A DNA stretch of 58,911 nt, counting the filler, from Jimgerdemannia flammicorona (taxonomy: Eukaryota): the NCBI GenBank assembly GCA_003990765.1. It is 3 parts of 3 records of this genome, joined end to end, with 100 filler letters (N's around TTAATTAATTAA, not from the genome) between each part and the next. Parts side by side here need not be neighbours in the genome. Positions count along the whole stretch, not along the records: positions 19,676 to 39,245 come from RBNJ01001907.1; positions 39,346 to 58,911 come from RBNJ01001908.1; 1 more part is not named here. The stretch is one strand, 5' to 3'. The notes beneath the pieces were generated by a model, which did no database searches, had not been told where the DNA came from, and saw only the letters and a list, made by a program, of their open reading frames with translations. Each line of letters starts with the position of its first letter. The first letter of the stretch is position 1. The translations under genes and the position numbers were made by a program. Positions 33,532 to 43,948 of this stretch are shown piece after piece.

Positions 33532-36502
33532 AAGACTCAGCAAATTCAGCAATCAAAGCTGTTGACATCGAGACAACTCTAACCAAGGACCAGCAACAAC
33601 AGATACAGGAGTTGATAGAGGAGTACAAAGATATATTTACTACCACATATGATAACTTCCCACCATATCAATATGGAGAACACCCTATACATACTAGAGA
33701 TGCAAGACCAATCTGACAATGACCCTACTGAACACCACATCATCTGATTGAATTCGAACAACAACACATAGATGAAATGCTATGAAATGGAGTCATCAGA
33801 CCATCATCAAGCCCCTGGGCTTCACCAGCAATCATAGTACCAAAGAAAGGAGGATGGAGATTAGTCATGGATTTCAGAAAACTCAACAAAGTCACCACAG
33901 AAGATGCCTACCCACTGCCAAGAATTGATGACCTCATCAATGCCCTCAGAAAAGCCAAATACATGACCACTACCGACCAGTTCCAAGGATTCCAAGTAAT
34001 ACCTATTGCCAAAGAAGATATCTGCAAGACGGCCTTTATCACTAGATGAGGACAGTACGAATACCTACAAATGCTCTTTGGACTCTGCAATGTACCCGCC
34101 TCATTCTAATGAATGATGAACTATGTCTACTGGGACCTCATTAGAAGAAATGTACTAGTGTACATAGATGATGTAATCATCTACTCTGAGACATTCAAGC
34201 AGCATTTGCAAGACCTCTGCGAAGTATTCAATACTATTCAAAATTCAGGACTCAGACTCAATGCCAAGAAGTGCTTCTTCAGAAAACATCAAGTCGAATA
34301 TCTGGGATATGTTGTCTCAGCTCAAGGAACACATGCCAACCCCCACAAGGTGGAGAAAGTCAAGAACTACCCAACCCCGACCTCAGCAAAGGAGACCCTA
34401 TCTTTCCTTATGCTGGTATCCTACTATTGACGATTCATCCCAAGATTTTCAGATAAGGCAGCACCTCTCCGAGATATCTCCAAGAAGGACCAACCATTCT
34501 ACTGGAAAGAAGAACAACAAAAGTCATTCGACCTACTCAAGAAGGCCCTTACCGAAGCCCCTGTCCTGGTGGGACCAGACTTTGGCAAACCATTCATCCT
34601 GGCAACTGATGCCTCAGCCTTAGGACTTGGATCAATTCTATCTCAGCAAGATGACCAGAAGAGAGAGCATGTTATTGAATATGCTAGCAAGGCCACAAAT
34701 GAAATACAAGCGAACTATGGAGCCACTAAGTTGGAATGCTTAGCAGTAGTTTGGGCTGTGGACCACTTCCAACACTATCTCTTGGGAAAGAGATTTGCCC
34801 TCATCACTGACCATCAAGCTCTATAATGGTTGTTCAACAAGCCAGAGCCCTCAGGAATCTTCGCTAGATAGATCATGTCTCTGCAAGAATATCAGTTCAC
34901 TATTGTCTACAAGAAAGGTACTAAAAATTCCAACATCAATACTCTGTCAAGAATCCCGTGAAACCAACAAGAAGAGAAGGAGCCCCCACAAGAGAAGGCT
35001 GCTTCCCGCTCACCCAAATGAACCAAGAATTGCACCTTGCCCTCACCTGGAGTCTGCACCATAGAAGCTTCAAGAAAGGAATCCAACCAGCCCACAAGTT
35101 GTTTATCTAAAGGAATTTCAAGAAATTCCAAGAAGGCGATGGTGAACTTTGGAGAGTTGAAGGAGAACAGTATACCCAAGTTCCAAGAGAGGAAGAAATA
35201 TTGAAGATCCTGACAACAAATCATAACCAAAATGCACACCGAGGAATTGGTGCCACAATCGCAAGAATCAAGAAGTGATACTGGTGGCCCAAGATGAGAA
35301 AACAAATTTCAATGCACATTCAACAATGTGATATCTGCCAAAGATACTGACAAAAGCCTACCAACAGAGCACCATTAATACCGATTGCAGCACCAGCTAG
35401 AGCCTTTCAAAGACTAGGAATAGACATTATTAGACCCCTACCAGTAACTAGCTAAGGAAGACACTACATCCTTACTATCAAAGACTACCTGACAAAATGG
35501 CCTGAAGCCTTTGCCATTGAGACTGCCGATGCCTAGACAATTATTGGGATCCTGTATGATGAAATTTTCAGCCACCATGATGTGCCCAAGGAAATCATTA
35601 CAGACTAAGGCCGAGAATTCATCAACCAAGCCATGAAGACCTTTGTGAGCAACTTCAAGATCAAGCTACAACCAACAACAGCCTACCACCCATAGGTAAA
35701 TGGACTCACTGAACAAATGAACCAGACCATCAAGCGAGGTCTCAGTAGAACCGGAGATCAACTAAACTGGGATATCTATCTACCGGCAATTCTGTTCAGC
35801 ATCCATACCTCTAAGGCAACCACTACCCAACAGACCCCCTTCTATTTGGTATATGGCTGAGAAGCACAAGATCCTACTGAACCAGTCCAGCTAGATCTGT
35901 CAAAACGAGTCACAGAAGAGATCACCTGGTTACATGACATATGCCAGCAAGCATGAGGATTTATCACCAAGGCACAAGAATGACAAAAGAGGTACTACAA
36001 CCACAAAGCCAACCTCGAACCCCTGCTCATTGGACAAAAGGTTCTGGTGTACCATACTATCATAGAAGGAAATTGGAGTACCAAGCTTGAACCAAAATAG
36101 AAAGGCCCCTATCTCATACACCAAGTATTCTCGAACCACACTTATCAACTCAAGACCTTGGATGGAGTTATACTCAAGACCAAGATACACCACAACTGCA
36201 TAAGACTCTACTACTCAAGAGAAGCAAAACGCATTTGAACAATCCTGTTCACTCTGTCTGTGTCATCTCCACCAGAGATATAATGGACATTTTACTCGGA
36301 ACTCAAGAAAGCCAACAACATTGGAACCAGACTCAAGCCCATCCATGTGACAGACATTGTTACTAAGAAATTGCCTTGAATTACAAGAAATACTATTTCC
36401 AATGGGTTTGAACCCCCAGCCATGACTATGGGAGCCCTCGCCCTAGACAAGGATGGCCAGTCCTCACAAATGTGCCAACATTCTGCTCATCCCTGGAGTT
36501 AA
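33489..36502 (+). pseudogene. pol: RT-RNase H-integrase of element B
   Basis: Same motifs as A (YIDD, ATDASALG, HHCC, GPY). Confidence 0.94.
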
Positions 36503-36563
36503 GACCACCCAACTCTGTGTAATTCTCACTGCCGAGAATGGCTCTAATTTTGCAAGGGGCAGA

Positions 36564-38700
36564 TGTGATGTATGCAATTGACAATGGAGTACCGGTGACT
36601 GCTAAGATCAGACAACATAATGGCATAACAATCGAATAGACAGCCTGACCCATTAGGTGATCACCCCAAAAGGAGCAATGATAATCTGAGCCAAAAGGAA
36701 GACTACATTATTTAAAGAACCATACTCCACCTCAGGAATCAGCACCAAAGAACAAGTACCCACCACACAATGCCTCCTATCTACTGCCCCAACCAGACCT
36801 CCCATCGCTCTTCCCCCTTGCCTGGCCCAAAGACTCTAATCCTTGAACTATCAAGAAGGCTATTTGGCACCCAGACACCTCTGAACATCTGAACTTCTAC
36901 ACCGAGGATCTTGGACACTTTATCAATTACTGGTACATAATGACCCAACAGCTCAAAGATACCACTGAACGAATGACCCTCTGGCATGATTACGAAATTG
37001 GACACCACCTTCATAATGAAACTCAAGAAGGCAACCAGGAAGACCTCATTGCTGAAATATTAACCACCAGCCAGCTAATCAAGAGAGCCCTCTGTGTCCA
37101 CCAAATCTTCTGCTATATTCTCTGGGCTATAGCACACTTACAAGGAGTAACTGCTGGAAGTCTTACCTGTCTCTCAACTGAAGATACAGACTGGATAGAA
37201 TCAGAAGTAGCTGACTCTATTGGTAGTAACCAGGTCGCTGTAGGAAGCCAACAAACCGAGTCCACTCAACCAAGCTTTCACACTACTCTACTCTAAGACA
37301 ACCATCAAGGTCACCTAATGAGTCTCATGGAAATCTTTGAAGGACCACCCATTACCATTACAACACCTGTTGGAGCAACCCCAACTACTCACCACCCTAT
37401 CAGCTATAATTCGCACCTCATCATTTGGGAACCAAATCAAGAAGTCCCAGAAGTCCCTACCAATATGGAAACTGAAGGATCTGAGGAAGAAGAAGAGGAG
37501 GAACAAAGAATCTACCAATCCTCTGTCTGCTTTCAAACAGTCCAAGGGTTGGAGAATGTCATTGAAGATGATTGGCCACAATTCTACCCCCTCACCTCCT
37601 GGCTGGCACTCCCACCCTTTGAAGAATGGGATGAAGAAGTCACAACCCAGCAAGATGATTGGATCACTGACGAAGAGTACTTTACTATTTAGTGATCCAA
37701 CGTCCATTTCCTCAGTCTGGTCAGCCAACATTTGTCAGCAAGTCAGCAACATCCGTTTTCAGTGATACCACCCATAACATCTATATCCAGTACTAGCACT
37801 TGTCTTATCTCAATTCGGTGCAAACAATTGTCACACTCATTTTCAGTGATACCACCCACAACATCCATATCCAGCACTAGCACTCATCTTATCCCAATTC
37901 GGCGCAAACAATTGTTGTACCCATATTCAGCAATTAAACCACCACAACATAGTATACCTTAGCCCCCCCCCCCATAGCTAGCAAATTTGTATAAATAACC
38001 CTATATCTTAGAGAGAATAAACCTCAGTCAGTTTGTGTTTAAAAGTAAAAAGGATTACAGAGAAACCTCACTGCCTCCAAGAGATCAGATAAATTCTGAG
38101 AACAAGATAACTAGAGCAACAATTACTCGAGGTTTGAGTTAAAGAATTTTCTCTTGCCATGGAAAACGTTCAAGATTCACTGCTAAGGAAAGCTGTATGA
38201 AAAGCCATTTAGTTCAGTTTAAAGACCTGCCACTAAGGAAAGACTCATGAAAAGCCATTCAGTTCAGTTTAAAGACCCGCCACTAAAGGAAAGCTGCACA
38301 AAAAACTGCCAACCGCCACCGAGATCCCGCCAGCCCAACTGTCATGCATTCGACCCAACCGTCATGCATTCGACCTGACTGCTGTGCATTCAGAACCAAC
38401 CGCCATTCGAGATTCAAGACCATGTATTCGAGACCCACCATTCAAGTGTTAAGACCCCAGCCAAGGAACTCAAGGATACTTAGCTAGGAAAGCCAGCACC
38501 ATCGTCATTCACCTAACAAGTCTGACAGATGAGTTCCCCTTTTACCCACTGCGCCACAAACTGTGTATGTTCAAAAAGTAATTTGCCCTTAGAAAAATTC
38601 ATCAACCACTAAACAACCAAGCCTCCACTGTACGAATTGGACAAACCGATCATGTGACCATTGACCTGCAACCATCGCAAACATACTCAGTCATATACCA
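36564..38700 (+). repeat. 3' LTR of element B (last ~66 bp displaced by an insertion)
   Basis: Matches the 5' LTR up to AGTCATATACCA at 38700. Confidence 0.9.
36770..37692 (+). pseudogene. LTR-encoded accessory ORF (B, 3' LTR copy)
   Basis: Same ORF with a 1-bp deletion at ~36847. ORF-track pieces 36940-37296 and 37318-37692. Confidence 0.85.
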
Positions 38701-38701
38701 C

Positions 38702-39245
38702 TAGTGCTCCACAAACCCGACCCAATTAACCCAAAACCCAACCTGTAAAACAGCCAACCCGGAATTAGACGTCACCCATCTTTAACCCGACCTGGAATAA
38801 TATGTCACCCATCTTTAACCCGACCTGGAATAATACGTCACCCATCTTTAACCCGACCTGGAATTTTATGTCACCCATCTTTAACCCGACCTGGAAACGT
38901 ACGTCACCTGTCTTTAACCCGACCCGGAATTATACGTAACCCGTCTTTAACCCAACCCAAGAAATATACGTGACCTGACCCGAGAAATATACGTGACCCA
39001 ACCCTGACCTGTATTTAACCCGACACAGACCCGTCTTTAATCCGCCTTTAAGCTACAAGGCACCATAAAAAATATATTGCACATCTAAGATATATATTTA
39101 GAATAAACAAACAGAAACATAATTAGGAATCAGAAATCAAAATGAAATCGGAAATAAATAGGAAGTAAATCAGGAAAATAAAGAACTTACTGGTGTGAAC
39201 AGATCTTACTCTTCATCGCTATAAACCAACTGATCCTCCTCTTCA
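38702..39245. mobile_element. Probable hAT-like DNA transposon end inserted in the B 3' LTR, with a 33-bp subterminal array
   Basis: Starts TAGTGCTCCACAAACCCGACCC. Six 33-bp units GGAATAATACGTCACCCATCTTTAACCCGACCT at 38761-38958. Runs into the gap. Confidence 0.6.
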
Positions 39246-39345
39246 NNNNNNNNNNNNNNNNNNNNNNNNNNNNNNNNNNNNNNNNNNNNTTAATTAATTA
39301 ANNNNNNNNNNNNNNNNNNNNNNNNNNNNNNNNNNNNNNNNNNNN
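39246..39345. other. Artificial scaffold gap (N44-TTAATTAATTAA-N44)
   Basis: N run with linker. Confidence 0.98.
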
Positions 39346-39387
<42 letters not shown>

Positions 39388-42266
39388 GTCACATAGACTT
39401 CCACTTTATTACACTATTATAATGACAATGAACTAGAAACCACTACTGTAACATAATATATAAAGGTAGTTATGTTCAGCCAACTCTTTTCTTCTACCTA
39501 TCCCCATACTCATCTAATACCAGGTACCCTCAACTCTGCTGTACAATGTCCTACACCTTTCTCAAGACCTCTGGTTAAAGCTGCTTCCTCTGATACCACC
39601 ACCTTTGTACTACCTCCCAAAGAAGACACTTCTACCACTCCACCAGCTCACTAATTCCCATCTATGGATCCTGCTCAAATACCAAATACCAATGTACTGC
39701 CATCAGAACTCAGATCTTCAGGACCTGACCTAGGTCTCTCCAGACATCATCAATCTCCCCCACCAGCCAGTGCTTGACCACCAGACTGATGGGATCTCCT
39801 GACCATCAACTCTCAGGGCCTCAGTAATCTTCCAAACTCTGCCAAAATCCTTCAACACCAGGGCAGGCTGCCAGAACATACTCTAGTGTCTGAACCACCC
39901 CTCTATCTACCTCACTACACTACTTGCAGTCTCAATAGCCATCTACCTCCATCCATCCAGTCCAATAGCCTAGCATCACATTTTTTCTCAAGAAACATCA
40001 TCATACTACCCAGTACTTAGGGGGCACCACCTTGAGCAAAGAGGCTCTCTAACTCCAGACTCAGTCTCACTCTCAACCTTCACCCAGTTCTGCCCTCTGC
40101 CAACCTACTGGCCATCTCTCCAGAGGGCCTGATCTGATCCACTCTATTGTCTCAACTAGTGAGTACTCCTACAGATAATGGCCACCAATGCAGAGGTCTC
40201 CCAGTCACCACTACCTCTGTACAGGGTTCTCACCCACCTCTATCTACAGTCCTACCAATCCCATGGCCAGCCAGGCCTCTACAATACCTCATCAGAACCC
40301 CTTAAATTGCAGTTTACATATATTTCTAACCTAAAGCAGACCCTGCATATCCTTCCAAATCTCACCACAGGGATAGAACCAAATCTCCCAATTGTCCATA
40401 GCTAGTCTGCCTCAGCCACCCTCACCTAGTTCAATCAATCAGCACCCCCACTAACCCTGAAGCACTCTTAGCCATCACCTGAAGTCTACTAACTCCAGAC
40501 TACCATCAGCTATCTGTATCACCAATGTGTCCCACCCAATCTGTGGCCGCTTCCCATGCTATAGCCATCCTCCCACAATCTTCTTCAGCTGCTGCACTAC
40601 CCATCCTGGAAAATCCAGGTAATACTCTAAGTATCACAATATGGGCAACCAATATACATTCAATACTACAATCCTGCCCACCAAGGAGAAGCTCCTTCCT
40701 GACCAACCAGTCAGAGTACCCTCTAACTTCTGAACCATACCACTCTACTACTCCTTTAGCAGAACTGTTCCATATACTGAGAACCAAATACCCAGATACT
40801 GAACAGCACTCTCAGTGTCCACTAATTGTCCAAATTGTCCATATTCCTCCAGGCCAGCACCAAGCTCCATTGTCTCACACTTGCCCCAATTCAACTTAGC
40901 TCCTACCAGCCTCTCATACTGTCCAACCCCTTCCTGCAAGAAGTCTACATCCTCCATACTATCTAACCCTACTATTATATCATCCATAAAAGCACCTAGC
41001 TTCCAGACCACATTATCTATCCACAGTCTAGAAAGCCACCTCTTCAGCCATACCAGTAATGGCTCCAGAGAGAGTATATAAAAGAGGGGGGAGAGAGGGT
41101 CCCCTGTGGCACACCTCACCCCAAATCAAACTCCAGGCCACTCCATCTATTCATCATAACTACTGCTCGGTATCCCCATACTAAGCCCATTAATTGCCCT
41201 GCTTCTGCTATACCAAATCCTACCCTCCTCAGGACAGCCTCCAAATAGCTCTACTGCACTCTATCATAGACCTTCTCTTGATCCAGGAAGATCATCTGGC
41301 CATCTCTCTGTCTGCTCCTATAGCCTTCTAAGACATTCTGCACCTAAGCAGTATTATCTCTGATCTGCCTCTCCTTGACAAAGCCTTACTGCTCTTCACT
41401 AATCAGTGTACAAATATACTACTGCATTCTCCCTACCAGAATCTTTGAGACCAGCTTTCTATCCATATTCAGCAGCATAATAGGTTGCCAATTCCACCAC
41501 ACTTACTGATCACCTTTTTTCTTATATAGAAGGGAAACTAATCCCAAAGAACTATTGCCAATCTAGCTACTCTCTTTCAAAATAGAGTTAGTCATTTCCA
41601 TCAACTATCTGACAAACTCTGTCTGGAACTCCTTTCAGAATTCCCAGGGCAGTCCATCCTCTCCTGGCAATGAACCAGTCGGTATCTTCCTCAATACCTC
41701 TAATACTTCATCCAAAGATATCTCATCCATCACCACTCCCCCTATCACAGGTACTGCCATCACTGGCCAATTGTCCACCATATTGTTATTATCCTCCCAA
41801 AGCACCACATTCTCAGCATACTTCCCTCTATTCTACCAGAGAGCCTGCTATTATCCTGAGATCTCTCCTAACATATCAGTAATCTCTGTGACCTCTACTC
41901 TATCTTCATGCAATACTGAGGCCCAGCTATGTCATACCCTTGTGGCCTTCAAAATACCAGACAGATATTTAGTCAGCCTCTCTCCTTCCTCCAACTATCT
42001 AGCCCACAGTCTGGCCAGCAGACTATCTACTGCCCTATTCTCAGCTGTCCTCAAATCTATCTGCAACTTGGCCACCTTCACTGTTAACCAGTGGCATATC
42101 TCCCCAGACAGGTTCCCCCCTTCTATTAGCTTCAATTGCCATTGCAGTCCCTTCTCTACCCTCTTTTCCTTATCCTTCTGCTCCTTCCCAGCCACTTTAC
42201 CAATATTATATCAGTAAGCACCTGCCAAATGTTTGAATTTACTCCACCATTCTGCTATCAACTGCC

Positions 42267-43033
42267 TGTAATAACTCTCACTTCTACCCCTCTCTTATCC
42301 TTTGGATAATTAGGGGAGAAAGACTATTACTTAGGGACTTAGTACACAATATATACCAAGAAGCCTTCAGTTTGAGGAAGCACTTGCTTAAAAGTAGTTG
42401 TAGTAGCAGTGCCTTGTCTTTCAAAGGTCTTTCTCTTTTGCCCTATCTTTCAAGGGTCTTATTCTTTGCTGTGCACAGACTGAATTTGCCTTGGAATTCA
42501 GGTTCAATGGGTTTACTTAAGTCTTTTGTAATTTGTATACCTGTCTCAGTTCTGGCAGAAGTTAGCTAGGCTTCTGGAGTTTAGTCAGAAACACTAAAGT
42601 CACTTAGATGTCATTACTAAGACTCAGGGGAATGTGTGTGTGTGGGGGGGGGACTTGATTCTTGTATCAAGGACTGAACTAAAACTGCTTTATTTCAGAT
42701 GGACACTGGGGGGTATTTATACAAGTTGGTCCACGATTTCTGACTAAGTATGAGTGACTAATTTGGTAACTATGGTGAGGTTTGTGATTGCAACATCTAT
42801 TGATCAGTGTTGCTGCGGCACTGATTGCTGCAGGTGCCAATTTACTGTGGCGCCGATTACTGGGGATAAGCTGGATATCGTTTATTCGCGTTGTTCGCAT
42901 CGTTCGTTACGTTACGTTCGTCGTTCGTTACGTTACGTTCGTCGTTCGTATGTCGCGCTCGATGGTATGATGACGTCATCGCCGAATCACGTGATCGCTC
43001 GTCACGTCTCGTCTGTTCGCTCGTTCTATTACA
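42267..43033 (-). mobile_element. Solo LTR (767 bp) with 5-bp TSD CTGCC
   Basis: TGTAATA…TATTACA inverted termini, CTGCC on both flanks, minus-strand TATAAATA at 42721-42714 and AATAAA at 42694-42689. Confidence 0.93.
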
Positions 43034-43948
43034 CTGCCCATCATTCTGCCATCATGCCACTTCCTGTCTTGCAATGGCCACAAACTATTCCCTCTCCTTT
43101 TTCCTCCTGAGCAAAGCCACATTGAGGCACCAGTGCCCTCCACCACTGCCTGCTGCTTGGAATCTACCATACACCTCTACTCTCCAATGATCTGAATGCA
43201 CCTCTGCAATATCCAGCATATTGCCCCAACACTCAGCTACTAGCACCCAATCAATTTGTGTCCCCACCAATCTGTCACCAACTGGGTGCCACCAAGTGAA
43301 AGGTCCTAACTTATCCCCCTGACACTGATGGACACTAATCTGAAGCCACCAAGACAGTCCAGAGGATACTGCTACTCCTATCCCACCATCTGACCTATCC
43401 AGCATTCAATCATATACTATATTGAAGTCTCCCCCCAGAATGTCCAATACAACCACCTCTCAACCTTCTCAAGCCCACCAGTCCTCAACCCATTGGTTTT
43501 GCCTTCTACCAACTGCAGGAAGGTAAACTGAGTCTACTGCCAAACTATTGCCTACTCCTTCTTTTAGTCTTCCCCACACCAATCTGTCACCATAGATCTC
43601 TACCTCCACCAGCTCACCTTTACTTATACCAACCAAGATGCCCACCTGCTTGTTCCAACCTGCTCCACCATATCATTCCTTACTCCATATCTCATAGTCT
43701 TACTCTCTATAAGCCCAAACATCCTGAAGAAAAACAATATCACATCTTCTGACTTTAAGCTATAAAAATAGCTATCGCCTCTTAACACTATTATGCAATC
43801 TATTGACATTGATCAATAAGATGTGTAAACTGTTCATCATCTTCAAAGAAATTGTTTAATGCTCAGCCGGGACCACTACCACTACTTTCTCAGCCCTTTT
43901 TTTTTTTTTTTTTTTATAATTACTTGGACTTCTCTTTATTACTGCTGT

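Larger units (their letters stand above)
28922..33582 (+). pseudogene. gag: ORF1 of element B: N-terminal extension, gag, zinc knuckle, protease, Cys-rich spacer, dUTPase, dUTPase-like domain
   Basis: MSYLQKFHGADNEDIEEFF at 29582; CFNCGNQGHIQRNC at ~30512; ILINTGAAVCII at ~31280; DLILGTDWL. Ends SRQL* as in A. Start approximate. Confidence 0.88.
26555..38700 (+). mobile_element. Near-complete Ty3/Gypsy LTR retrotransposon B (~12.1 kb); 3' LTR interrupted near its end
   Basis: 5' LTR 26555-28688, PBS, gag-PR-dUTPase / RT-RH-IN, PPT at 36554-36563, 3' LTR from 36564. Confidence 0.96.
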
